Shown piece by piece: positions 18,432-28,059 of a stretch of DNA of 64,000 nt (position 1 is its first letter; each line of letters starts with the position of its first letter). The notes beneath the pieces are model-generated. The model saw nothing but the letters and a program-made list of their open reading frames with translations, had not been told where the DNA came from and searched no databases. Origin of the DNA: a bacterium (lineage in GTDB: Bacteria; UBP6; UBA1177); NCBI GenBank assembly GCA_017538365.1, contig JAFYIZ010000028.1:52962-116961 (forward strand). Reading direction: 5' to 3'. The position numbers and the translations under genes are program-made.

Positions 18432-19571
18432 ATGAAAAAACTGCTTTTTCTCCTCGCTGTTGCATTGATTTTTTCTTCGTGCGGCGGAGATTCAAAGTCA
18501 AATGAAGGCGGCGGGATGAGTACAAGCGACTTCTTTGAAAGGTATCTCGATACGCTCTGCAATGCTGCCACCAAGTGTAATTCAGGTTTCGTAAATGCGG
18601 AAAACCTTTCTTTCTGCCCTAAAACGATACTTAATTCAGCAAAGCCTTTCGAGGGTTTTCACAAAGGTGAATCGGTAATTTTCAAGCACAAATACGACAT
18701 GTTGAAGAATGCCGAAGAAATGGGTTGGCTTTCACTCAATACGGAGCAGGCTGAAAGTTGTTTCGCCGTTATCGCCCAGATGGAACCGTGCAATCCGCTC
18801 GATGTCCAGCTCCTTGATATTCCGGAATGCGCCAATGTTTTCAAGGGAACGAAACAAGTTAGAGAAGCATGCAATCAGGATGAAGAGTGTAAAAACGGCT
18901 GGTGCAATATGCGCGGCGGTATTTGTCCCGGATCATGCGTTGATTACAAGCAGCCTGATCAAAGCTGCAATTCATCGCTTGACAAGTGCGTTATCGGATA
19001 TGAGTGCCGTTCTTCCGGCTGTTCCAAATCAAGCTCCGGAGTCGTCAACGATCCGTGTGTAGACAACAGCGACTGCACGACTTTTCTTTTCTGCTACGTT
19101 AAAGAGGGTGATTCTTTCGGAGTCTGCCTCAAGAGAAAAGGTGAGGGCTTGGCATGCTCAACTGCTGATGAGTGTGTTGTCGGTCTGAGCTGTGTCAACA
19201 ATCTCTGCACCCGTTCGAGAGTCAGCGACACGGTTGGTGCTCCCTGCGGTGTTCAGGATGAAAAGGACGAAGACGGCAACGAAATAGTTCTTGAATGCAA
19301 CAGGTTCTCGAAACTTGAATGCAGTCTGGCGAACGTCTGCCAGAAAATGCCTACCTCTTCCAATCTGCAATGTGCCGAATTCTGCGATACTGATCTCGGA
19401 CTTGTCTGCGATTCATATTCGCATACCTGCCAATGGCCTAAAAGTGCAGTTAGCCCGTGCACAAGCAATGAACAGTGCGCCTCGCTTTACTGTGCTGCGG
19501 TTCCCGGAACAGAGGATCAGGAAATTATGATTTGTCAGGAGCCTCAGTGCCTGCCAATAAATGAAGAATAA
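18432..19571 (+). CDS. Cys-rich lipoprotein (about 40 Cys), hypothetical
   Basis: MKKLLFLLAVALIFSSCGGDSKSNEGGG. Numerous CxxxC/CxnC spacings. RBS aggagg lies within the lapB stop region. Confidence 0.55.
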   Translation: MKKLLFLLAVALIFSSCGGDSKSNEGGGMSTSDFFERYLDTLCNAATKCNSGFVNAENLSFCPKTILNSAKPFEGFHKGESVIFKHKYDMLKNAEEMGWLSLNTEQAESCFAVIAQMEPCNPLDVQLLDIPECANVFKGTKQVREACNQDEECKNGWCNMRGGICPGSCVDYKQPDQSCNSSLDKCVIGYECRSSGCSKSSSGVVNDPCVDNSDCTTFLFCYVKEGDSFGVCLKRKGEGLACSTADECVVGLSCVNNLCTRSRVSDTVGAPCGVQDEKDEDGNEIVLECNRFSKLECSLANVCQKMPTSSNLQCAEFCDTDLGLVCDSYSHTCQWPKSAVSPCTSNEQCASLYCAAVPGTEDQEIMICQEPQCLPINEE

Positions 19572-20109
19572 CTTTTTTCTCGTTTTTTTATCCCTTGTTT
19601 TTTTATCGGTTTCCTGCGCAACAGCCGAAAAAGTCCAAAATCAGAATAATGAACAGTCGGAAGTGCAGACTGAATCAGGGCCACAGCCTGTTGAGCTGAA
19701 AAAGAAAAAGTCGCTCGCAGATGATATAATCGTTCGTGACATCTACTCGAAAGAAGAGTATCCGCTCAGCAAAATTGCGCAGAAAAGTGTTGTTTTTATT
19801 GAACTTTCTGCTTCATGGTGCAAAGCGTGTCCCGAAATGAAGGATATTACGGCAAAACTTGTTTCCTATTTCGGAAACCGTGTGTTTTTTATCCGTCTTT
19901 ACCTGGAAAACGATATCCAGGAAGATAAAGAATACAACGATATTATTCCGGAAATGGCGGTTGTTTCATCGCCTGTTGAACTTTCGCTTGAAAAAACCGA
20001 TGTTATGCCTCGGGTCGTTGTTTTGAGCAATTCAGCAAGTGAAGTCGCCGCCGATATTATCGGTGCTTATCCGAGTCTTTATTATTACGGATTGCTTTCT
20101 GAACTCTGA
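19561..20109 (+). CDS. Thioredoxin-fold lipoprotein (TlpA/ResA-like thiol-disulfide oxidoreductase)
   Basis: 182 aa. Lipobox LSVSCATAEK. Active-site motif ELSASWCKACPEM (WCxxC). Confidence 0.6.
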   Translation: MKNNFFLVFLSLVFLSVSCATAEKVQNQNNEQSEVQTESGPQPVELKKKKSLADDIIVRDIYSKEEYPLSKIAQKSVVFIELSASWCKACPEMKDITAKLVSYFGNRVFFIRLYLENDIQEDKEYNDIIPEMAVVSSPVELSLEKTDVMPRVVVLSNSASEVAADIIGAYPSLYYYGLLSEL

Positions 20110-21042
20110 TTATCTGTCGAAATCTTTTTCAAAACCTACTTTCTGAAGAAGTCTTTCTTTGTCGAACCACTTTTCTTCAACTCTGACGAAAAGGTTTAAA
20201 CCGACCTGACAGCCGTAAAGTTCTTCGATATCACGCCTTGCCGCAGAGCCGATTTTTCCCAAAGTCGCTCCTCTTTTGCCGAGAACGATCCCTTTCTGGC
20301 TGTCTCTTGCAACGTGGATTGTCGCATCGACGAGCAGAATATCCTTTGTTCTGTGATCGCGCATTTTTTCAACTGTGACGACAACGGAGTAGGGAAGTTC
20401 CTGCGAAAGTTCGAGGAAAAGTTTTTCGCGTATGATTTCCGAAACGAGAAAGTTGTCTTCCTGATCGGTGTACATATCTTCCGGAAAGAGCTGCGGACCC
20501 GGTTTGCAGAACTGTTTCAGCGTGTTTATGAGCTCTTCCGTTCCGGTTCCTGTCTTTGCCGAAATCGCACACGACGCGGCGAAGTTGAAATGTTTTTTGT
20601 AAACCGCGATTGTATCGTCAACGCGCATCGGTTTAACGGCGTCAATCTTGTTTGCAACGAGAATTACCGGAATTTTCGGCGGAAGATTTTTAAGTATGTG
20701 AGCCTCTTCTTCGCCGATTCCCTTTTCAGGGTGCTGAGTTGAAACGTCGACAAAAAATATAGTAAAATCAGCATCTTGTGCGGCTGAAAAACTGTATTTG
20801 TTCATCCAGTTGTTAAGAAGTTTGCCGAAATCGGTTGAAGTTATTCCCGGAGTGTCGGTAAAAACTATCTGTGTATCTTCACCGTTGTAGATTCCGCGGA
20901 TTTTGTTTCGCGTCGTCTGCGCTTTCGGAGTGACGATGGATATTTTTGATTGAACTATAGTGTTGAGAAAAGTCGATTTTCCCGAGTTCGGAACGCCGAT
21001 AATCGCTGCAAATCCCGAATATTTAAGCTCGTTACCCAACAT
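20110..21042 (-). CDS. era: GTPase Era
   Basis: 310 aa. G1 GVPNSGKST, G3 DTPG, G4 NKID, C-terminal KH domain (VVTVEK...). Overlaps the ansA stop by 11 nt. Confidence 0.9.
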   Translation of the reverse strand: MLGNELKYSGFAAIIGVPNSGKSTFLNTIVQSKISIVTPKAQTTRNKIRGIYNGEDTQIVFTDTPGITSTDFGKLLNNWMNKYSFSAAQDADFTIFFVDVSTQHPEKGIGEEEAHILKNLPPKIPVILVANKIDAVKPMRVDDTIAVYKKHFNFAASCAISAKTGTGTEELINTLKQFCKPGPQLFPEDMYTDQEDNFLVSEIIREKLFLELSQELPYSVVVTVEKMRDHRTKDILLVDATIHVARDSQKGIVLGKRGATLGKIGSAARRDIEELYGCQVGLNLFVRVEEKWFDKERLLQKVGFEKDFDR

Positions 21043-22051
21043 TTTCGTTTTCCTTTTCGCCTGCGCAGTTTTGCATCATGAACTTTTTTATTTCGTTGAT
21101 GTCGGAGTATCTGCCCAAAGCGACCATCATTTTTACCAGAGTCGCTTCCCTTGTCATGTCGACTGCGCTGATAAGACCGTAGAATTCGGCTTTTGAAGCG
21201 ACATCGTAAAGGCGGAGATTGACTTTTCCGATGGGTGACTGGCTGCATACCGCAATCGGAACGCAGTTTTCGGCTGCGTCTTTGAAAAGTTCCTCAAGAC
21301 CTGGGTTGTCACTAGGAATGTTGCCGCTGCCGTAAGCCTCGATAACGATTCCTTTAACTTTTTTGTTTTTTACCATGACTGAAAATGAGGAGAAGTCGAT
21401 TCCCGGAAAGAAGGGAATTATGATGACCTGATCCATAAGGCGGGTATCTATCTCGAATTTTTCAGTCGGTTTCGGAAGAAAACGGTATTTTTTGCTTTCC
21501 ATGCCGATTCCGAGCTTTATCAGAGCGTTGTAGTTAGGGCTGTAGAATGCGTCAAAATCCCATGCGTCCTTCTTTTTTGCCCTGTTTCCCCTGAAAACTG
21601 TGTGGTTGAAAAGGAGAACGACTTCATTGAGTTCGCTGTTTATCGCAACTTCCATCGCATCAACCAGATTCATGAAGGCGTCGCTTCTGCGGTCGATCAA
21701 AGGCAGCTGTGCGCCGGTCATAACAACAGGTTTACCAAGATTTTTCAGCATGAAAGAGAGTGCCGAGGCAGTATAAGCCATCGTATCCGTACCGTGAATT
21801 ACGACAAAACCGTCGTATAAATCGTAGTTTTTCGCGATATGCTCGGCGATTTTTACCCAGTGCAGCGGTCTGAAAAGAGAAGAATCCAAATTGCAGAGCT
21901 GGTGCTGCGTTATTTCTGCATCAAAAAGCGGTTTTATTCTTTCTGAAATATAGTCCAGAGCGTAATTTCCGGGTGTCAGCAGCCCTTTTTCGTTCGATTC
22001 CATGACGAAAGTGCCGCCAGTGTGAATTATGAGTATTTTTTTCTGTGTCAT
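21032..22051 (-). CDS. ansA: L-asparaginase (type I)
   Basis: 339 aa. ILIIHTGGTFVM (catalytic Thr in TGGT) and VVIHGTDTMAYTASALSF. Confidence 0.85.
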   Translation of the reverse strand: MTQKKILIIHTGGTFVMESNEKGLLTPGNYALDYISERIKPLFDAEITQHQLCNLDSSLFRPLHWVKIAEHIAKNYDLYDGFVVIHGTDTMAYTASALSFMLKNLGKPVVMTGAQLPLIDRRSDAFMNLVDAMEVAINSELNEVVLLFNHTVFRGNRAKKKDAWDFDAFYSPNYNALIKLGIGMESKKYRFLPKPTEKFEIDTRLMDQVIIIPFFPGIDFSSFSVMVKNKKVKGIVIEAYGSGNIPSDNPGLEELFKDAAENCVPIAVCSQSPIGKVNLRLYDVASKAEFYGLISAVDMTREATLVKMMVALGRYSDINEIKKFMMQNCAGEKENENVG

Positions 22052-22179
22052 AGCCCCCTCCTTTGCTGAAAGCTGAATTTATATAATATTTTTTTTATTG
22101 CAATATCTCTATGCAAAAATCCTTTTTTTAAAGAGATTTTTCAATATAATTCCGCGTTATTTTGTTTGTAGAGGTCTTC

Positions 22180-22779
22180 ATGGAACAGAAAAAAACTTTG
22201 GCGCTTTTCGATTTCGACAAAACTATTACCGACAGAGACACATTTCTGCCGTTTCTGCTCTTTTCATTCGGCTGGTTTAGGACAATGTTGGTGCTTTCAT
22301 TTCTTTTTCCGCAGGCGTTGATCTGTCTTGCCGGTTTTATGTCGCGTAAAAAGTTCAAGGAGATGGTTTTCAAGCTGACGATAAAAGGCTGGACTAAAGA
22401 AAAATTTCATGATGTGGCTCAGGATTTTTACAGGCAGAAGGTGAAAACCTATCTCAGAAAACCGGCTCTCGACGAAATAAAGATGCATCTTGAAAACGGT
22501 GCCGATGTTTCGCTTGTTTCAGCTTCACCTGAAGACTGGCTCTGGCCTTTCACCGAGGAATACGGCATAAATCTGATCGGAACGCGCCTTGAAATAAAGG
22601 ACGGACGCTACACCGGAAACATTGTCGGCGGCAACTGCCGCAAAGCTGAGAAGGTGAACAGAGTCAAAGAAGTTTACAACCTTGAAAATTACTCCGACAT
22701 TTATGCGTACGGCGATTCACGGGGCGATAAAGAGATGCTGGAGATGTCGAATCATCCCCATTTCAGAACTTTCGATTAG
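22180..22779 (+). CDS. HAD-IB family hydrolase
   Basis: LALFDFDKTITDRDTF (motif I DxDxT). C-terminal YAYGDSRGDKEML (motif IV). Confidence 0.65.
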   Translation: MEQKKTLALFDFDKTITDRDTFLPFLLFSFGWFRTMLVLSFLFPQALICLAGFMSRKKFKEMVFKLTIKGWTKEKFHDVAQDFYRQKVKTYLRKPALDEIKMHLENGADVSLVSASPEDWLWPFTEEYGINLIGTRLEIKDGRYTGNIVGGNCRKAEKVNRVKEVYNLENYSDIYAYGDSRGDKEMLEMSNHPHFRTFD

Positions 22780-24437
22780 ATTTTTTTCCTGATTTCTTCT
22801 GCGATTTTTCTTGTCATTTCGACAGGGTGGTAATTCGCGAAAATACCTGAAACTTTGAGTGCGTTTGCCGCGATAGTCGTGTTTTTGTCGACCGAATACT
22901 GCGAAAAGAAGTAAAAAGGAATTTCCGAAATCTCTTTTTTGTGCTTGATTGCGGCTAACAGTCTAAGCGGAGTGATTGCGGTATCCGTCATGTCAATGTC
23001 GCAGAGAATGAAGCCCAAGTGATCCTTTTCGTCTTTGATTATCTGGGCGGCTTTTTCTATGGTTTTCGCTTTTGTGACTTCGATATTTATGCGGCTGAAT
23101 TTGTCAGCGATGTCATCGAGATCGAATTTTTTCTGTGAAATGACGATCGCATTGATCTTTTTCAGTGAAGAGTCTGTTTCTGAAATCTGCTGCGTCTGTT
23201 CGAGCGCGGTTATGAGCCTGTCGCTGAAGAACATCGTCTCTTTGAGCTGCTGAAGCGCCTCTTTCGGTGCAACACCGGAAATTCTCGTCATAAAATCATA
23301 AGTGTTTGCAAGAAGCAGAATGAGAGAACCGACCGGAATTTCGTTCAGCTTGAGATTGCGCGGAAATCCCTGCCCGTTGTAGGTTTCATACATATTTTCA
23401 AGGCAGTTGAGTGCAAGTTTTGAAAGCTGTACATCGGTGAAAAGTTTCGTCGCTATCTGCGAATAAGTTTTCATTTTGTCTGTATTCGTCTGGTTTTTGA
23501 TGTCGAGAGCAGTGAGGTGAAGTTTTTTGCCGACATCGTGAAGATAAGCTGCAATCGTGAGGTCGTAAAGCTCGACTTCGGAAAGATGTATCGCTTCGCC
23601 GATTTCTTTGCAGAGGATCGCGACTCTCTGCGAGTGGGCGAAGTAAGTGTCTCCGTGTGCTGCGACATCGAGAAGATTCGAGAATATGCGGAGAAGCTCG
23701 ATGAGCTGGTTTCCCTGTTCACGAACCCAACTCGGCATACTGCTCATCATCGAAGTCGTAACTGCGGTTACATCGACTTTCGTGTCGGCAAGCTCAGCTT
23801 TGTTGACGATCATCGAGAATGTCTCGCGCTTGTCCTGACGCAGTTTATCCTCGTCCATCGTTGCTATATCCTGGATCCTGTTCGCCATTTCTATATCATT
23901 CGGATTATCAAGGGAAATGATTGTTTCATTGGCAAACATATCGTGGTGCATCGAAACGGAATTCCTGACAAGCCTGTCAAACGCGGAAATATCGTTGTTG
24001 TACTGTTTCAGAATAAGGGCTTTTATCACGTTTGAAGTGGCAACGACGGGAACTACAGACTGAACGCCGTTGAGCAGTATTTTGAGCTCGTCAAAAAGGA
24101 CGATATTCTGCGGTTCGTAGGTGAGAAGAGTTAGACGGTAGTTGTTGATGCTGTACTTCAAAGGAAAAATGGTTTTGTCCATCGCCATTTTCAGAGGAAT
24201 AATGTCTGACGGGGACATAACCGCCATTTTTTCAAGTTTTTCACTTGTTATATACTGAACATTGAACTGCTTTGAAAGGTACTGCAGAAGCTCTGTTTCC
24301 GGTATCTTGCCGAGTTTGAGAAGGATCTCTCCGAGATATGTCGGGTGATTTTTCTGAAAAGAGAGGGCTAAAGAAATATCTGATTCGGAAATAAGCCCTT
24401 TATCTAAAAAGTATTCTCCGACTTTCATTCCAGTCAT
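22776..24437 (-). CDS. Multidomain signalling protein: N-terminal MshEN (T2SS-E N-terminal-like, c-di-GMP-binding type) domain, HD-GYP phosphodiesterase domain and a C-terminal receiver-like domain
   Basis: N-terminus MKVGEYFLDKGLISESDISLALSFQKNHPTYLGEILLKLGKIPETELLQYLSKQFNVQYI (MshEN-like). HD domain HSQRVAILCKEIG...AAYLHDVGK. YNGQGFPRNL (GYP-like). C-terminal HLGFILCDIDMTDTAITPLRLLAAIK (receiver-like). Confidence 0.55.
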   Translation of the reverse strand: MTGMKVGEYFLDKGLISESDISLALSFQKNHPTYLGEILLKLGKIPETELLQYLSKQFNVQYITSEKLEKMAVMSPSDIIPLKMAMDKTIFPLKYSINNYRLTLLTYEPQNIVLFDELKILLNGVQSVVPVVATSNVIKALILKQYNNDISAFDRLVRNSVSMHHDMFANETIISLDNPNDIEMANRIQDIATMDEDKLRQDKRETFSMIVNKAELADTKVDVTAVTTSMMSSMPSWVREQGNQLIELLRIFSNLLDVAAHGDTYFAHSQRVAILCKEIGEAIHLSEVELYDLTIAAYLHDVGKKLHLTALDIKNQTNTDKMKTYSQIATKLFTDVQLSKLALNCLENMYETYNGQGFPRNLKLNEIPVGSLILLLANTYDFMTRISGVAPKEALQQLKETMFFSDRLITALEQTQQISETDSSLKKINAIVISQKKFDLDDIADKFSRINIEVTKAKTIEKAAQIIKDEKDHLGFILCDIDMTDTAITPLRLLAAIKHKKEISEIPFYFFSQYSVDKNTTIAANALKVSGIFANYHPVEMTRKIAEEIRKKI

Positions 24438-24524
24438 TACAAAAACTCCTTAATCAAAAAAACTACTCTCAAAAAAAGACGCGATATTATACTCAAACAA
24501 AAAATAAAATCAAGTTGGTTCGTT

Positions 24525-25442
24525 TTATTTAGTTTCAAGAAATTTTACAGCCGCTTCGTGCATTTCGAGAATCGTCTCCTCTTTGCCGGAGCAGATAAGA
24601 AGTTTGTCCGTGCCGCTTCTGAAGAAAAGTTCCGTTTTTTCTTTTGCGGAGAATCTGTCGAGTGCGTGCATTTCGATATCATCCGTCATGGAAATGCCGG
24701 AAAAACCGATCTCTTTGCGCAGAATTTTGTCCCATTCCGGTGCAAGAGATGCGGGAAGCTGACTGATTTCAGGCAGAAGAAGGTGAGCTTTCATCACGAA
24801 ACCAGAAGCGTTTGCAAGTTTCCGATAGGGAACGAGATCTTCGCTGAAAAGGTTTTCGAACGGTTTGTTTATAAGCGGAAGCTCCGAGTGCGAATCGATT
24901 ACTGTCGTTCCGTGACCCGGGAAATGTTTTATCACCGGAAAAACGCCAGCTTCCTGCATTTTTTTGATATATATTGAAGCAAATTCGACGACTGTTTCGG
25001 GATCTTCGCCGAAAGAGCGGTCTCCTACGATCGAATTGTCCTCACCACTTCTAAGATCAACATTCGGTGCCATGTTCATGTTTATTCCGATCTCATTCAG
25101 TTTTTGAGCGAGAATCCCGATCTTTTCTGCCGCGACCTCTTTGCCGTAAGTCACGAGCTCTTTCATCGAAGGGAGCGAATAGTCGTCTTTCGGCAGCCTG
25201 CGGACCCTCCCGCCTTCTTCATCAATCGAATGAAACTCGATAGAATCGAAGCATTTCGTCGATTTAATGAGGTTTTGCAGCGATTCGCAGCTTTCAACAT
25301 TCCTTTTGAAGTAGATGATCCCGCACGGAGAGACTTCGCGCAGCATCGACATTTCACTTTTTGTAAGCGTTATTCCCGAAAGAGAGACGATAAGCCGCTC
25401 TCCAGCTTCTTTTTTCAACCTTTCAAGTTTCGGTGATGTCAT
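24525..25442 (-). CDS. nagZ: Beta-N-acetylhexosaminidase (GH3, NagZ-like)
   Basis: 305 aa. KHFPGHGTTVIDSHSELPLINK, the GH3 N-domain catalytic region. Confidence 0.75.
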   Translation of the reverse strand: MTSPKLERLKKEAGERLIVSLSGITLTKSEMSMLREVSPCGIIYFKRNVESCESLQNLIKSTKCFDSIEFHSIDEEGGRVRRLPKDDYSLPSMKELVTYGKEVAAEKIGILAQKLNEIGINMNMAPNVDLRSGEDNSIVGDRSFGEDPETVVEFASIYIKKMQEAGVFPVIKHFPGHGTTVIDSHSELPLINKPFENLFSEDLVPYRKLANASGFVMKAHLLLPEISQLPASLAPEWDKILRKEIGFSGISMTDDIEMHALDRFSAKEKTELFFRSGTDKLLICSGKEETILEMHEAAVKFLETK

Positions 25443-25569
25443 TTTTCACTCCATAAAAACAACTTCCGGCGGAATATAGCGAAAGGATTTTTTCATGCAA
25501 ATTTTAACTTGATTTGACAATATTTCTTTATTTTCTAAAGTTCTCCGTTTTGTGTTTTTGGAGGAAATA

Positions 25570-26334
25570 ATGATTTTTATAGTCGATATCGGAAACAGCA
25601 ACACGGTCGTCGGAATATACAAAGGCAAAGATCTTATCAAAAGGTGGAGGATTTCGACAGACAGGACTCTCACGGTCGATGATATTGCGGCAAAGCTTTC
25701 AGCACTCATGATGTTCGACAGGATCGACACGAAAGATATTTCGCAGTGCATAATCAGCTCGGTCGTTCCGACTTGGAACCATGCGTGGGAGCGCTTTTCG
25801 ATAGAGTTTTTGAACATGAAGCCGCTCTTTTTGAGATACAACACCAAGTGCGGGATTTCATTGAATATTTCCAATCCGTCAGAGATCGGTGCCGACAGAA
25901 TCGCAAACTCGGTGGCTGCTGCGGCGATGTTTCCGCAGGGTAGTTTCATCATTGATTCGGGAACGGCCATAACGCTTGATATCGTCACTCCGAAAAAAGA
26001 GTATATCGGCGGCGCAATCATGCCGGGTATCATGATTTCGATGGAAGCGATGTCACTCCGTACCGCGAAACTTCCCCGTTTCGAGCTTGACAGACCGCTT
26101 CACGCCATTGGAAAATCAACTTTGGAAGGGCTTACGAGCGGCGTTTTCTACGGTTTTGTCGGAATGGTTGACCGCGTCATCGAAGAGTCGCTGAAGGAAG
26201 TCGATTTCAAACCCAAAATCATAGCAACGGGCGGACTTGCCGGCGCAATCGCATCGGCTTCAAACTATATAAGCGAGTTCGACAGGGATCTTACGTTAAA
26301 AGGTCTTAAAATTATTGCCGATTTAAATAGATAA
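25570..26334 (+). CDS. coaX: Type III pantothenate kinase
   Basis: MIFIVDIGNSNTVVGIY, the ASKHA DIGNT motif. GADRIANSVAA. RBS ggagga. Confidence 0.85.
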   Translation: MIFIVDIGNSNTVVGIYKGKDLIKRWRISTDRTLTVDDIAAKLSALMMFDRIDTKDISQCIISSVVPTWNHAWERFSIEFLNMKPLFLRYNTKCGISLNISNPSEIGADRIANSVAAAAMFPQGSFIIDSGTAITLDIVTPKKEYIGGAIMPGIMISMEAMSLRTAKLPRFELDRPLHAIGKSTLEGLTSGVFYGFVGMVDRVIEESLKEVDFKPKIIATGGLAGAIASASNYISEFDRDLTLKGLKIIADLNR

Positions 26335-27240
26335 CTATTCTTTTACCGATCCGATGAGCTGATCGATATTTTCATGCCTTTTTTCGAGGTATTCTTCAAG
26401 TTTTTCGGCGCATTCACCGGCAATTGCCGGATTTACGAAGTTGTATGCTCCGATCTGAACGGCTTTTGCTCCGACAATGAGGAAATCAAGAACATCTTCA
26501 AAGGACGATATTCCGCCGATTCCGATGACGGGGATTTTCACTGTTTTTGCCGTCTGCCATACCATTCTGAGTGCGACCGGTTTTATCGCAGGGCCGCTCA
26601 AGCCGCCGATTTTGTTGCCCAGAATAAAAGTCCTTTTTTCGCGGTTTATTGCAGTTCCTATAAGCGTGTTTATTAGTGAAACCGCGTCTGCGCCGCCTGC
26701 TTCGGCTGCAAGGGCAGTCTGTGTTATGTCGGTCACGTTGGGTGAAAGTTTTACGATTACAGGTTTATCCGTTACAGCTTTAACGGCTTTTGTAAGTCTT
26801 TGAATTGTTTCAGGATTTGCTCCGAAAGCAGAACCTCCCGATTTTACGTTGGGGCAGGAGAGATTCATCTCAAATGCGTCGATTCTATCTTCTTTCGATA
26901 AAATCTCGGTAAGACGGACAAAATCTTCTTCAGAAGAGGCGTAAAGGTTGACGATTATCGCACATTTGAGATCTCTGATTTTCGGCATGATCTCGTTCAG
27001 AAAGTGCTTCGAGCCGCAGTTTTCAAGCCCGATGGAGTTGAGCATTCCGGAAGCTGTTTCGACAACGCGCGGACTCGGATTTCCAGCTCTCGGTTCAATC
27101 GAAATCCCTTTCGTGCAGAATCCGCCGATCTTGTTGAGGTCGAAAAAGTCGGTGAATTCGCTTCCGTAACCGAAAGTTCCGGAAGCGGTTAGAATCGGGT
27201 TCTTGAGTTTGAGTTTCCCAATATTTACAGAAAGATCCAT
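26335..27240 (-). CDS. pyrD: Dihydroorotate dehydrogenase (class 1 catalytic subunit)
   Basis: 301 aa. LKNPILTASGTFGYG, NLSCPNV, GGISSFEDVLDFLIVGA. Confidence 0.85.
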   Translation of the reverse strand: MDLSVNIGKLKLKNPILTASGTFGYGSEFTDFFDLNKIGGFCTKGISIEPRAGNPSPRVVETASGMLNSIGLENCGSKHFLNEIMPKIRDLKCAIIVNLYASSEEDFVRLTEILSKEDRIDAFEMNLSCPNVKSGGSAFGANPETIQRLTKAVKAVTDKPVIVKLSPNVTDITQTALAAEAGGADAVSLINTLIGTAINREKRTFILGNKIGGLSGPAIKPVALRMVWQTAKTVKIPVIGIGGISSFEDVLDFLIVGAKAVQIGAYNFVNPAIAGECAEKLEEYLEKRHENIDQLIGSVKE

Positions 27241-27422
27241 ACCTTAGCAACTCCTTTTTTTCAAATCAAACAAAAACCATAAACGATAGTATAAAAGATT
27301 TTTTTATCAAATTTCTTGTTTTATCTGAATGAGGTGGTTGCTTGTTTTTTTAAGAGTGAAAAAATTCCAGCTTTCTGCAAAAAGTGCTATATTGCCGCGC
27401 TTTCTGTTTTCGGAGAGAAAAA

Positions 27423-28052
27423 ATGAACGGAAAAAAGTGCTACATTCTCGATTTTGACGGAACGGTAACCGCGTTGGACACGCTGGTCGTCGCGTTCGAT
27501 AAATACTGCATTGTCGATTGGCGCGAGCTGGAAAATGAGATGCGTGCCGGAAGAAAGGAACGTCATCAGACTTTGGTCGATGAAGTCGAATCGATGAAGG
27601 CTGAAAAAGAAGAACTCTTCGATTTTATTAAGAAAAATGTTCCTGTAAGAAAAGGGTTCTTCGATTTTGTGAAAAAAGTCCGCGAAAACGGGGATGAAAT
27701 CGTGATCTTAAGCGGCGGTTTCAGAAGTTTTGCAGACCTTTTCATGAACAATGTTGAAGTCGAGGCTTATATCAACGATATCAAATACTTAGGCAACAAA
27801 AACTGGGAACTCGTCCCGTGCCGGAACGCACTTCCGCCTCTCTGCAATAAAAACTGCTCGAACTGCAAACGGGCAGTCGTTGAAAAATATAAAAACGAAG
27901 GCTTCGAAACTATCTATTTCGGTGACGGCGAGACCGATTTCTGCGGTTCAAGATACGCTGATAAAATCTATGCAACCGATGAACTTGCCGAAAAACTCGC
28001 TTCCGAAAACGTGAAATTCACATATTTTAAAGATTATACTGATATTTTGTGA
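27423..28052 (+). CDS. HAD-superfamily hydrolase (MtnX/PSP-like subfamily IB)
   Basis: CYILDFDGTVT (DxDxT), ILSGGF, YFGDGETD. Internal Cys cluster CNKNCSNCKR. Confidence 0.55.
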   Translation: MNGKKCYILDFDGTVTALDTLVVAFDKYCIVDWRELENEMRAGRKERHQTLVDEVESMKAEKEELFDFIKKNVPVRKGFFDFVKKVRENGDEIVILSGGFRSFADLFMNNVEVEAYINDIKYLGNKNWELVPCRNALPPLCNKNCSNCKRAVVEKYKNEGFETIYFGDGETDFCGSRYADKIYATDELAEKLASENVKFTYFKDYTDIL

Positions 28053-28059
28053 GGAAATT

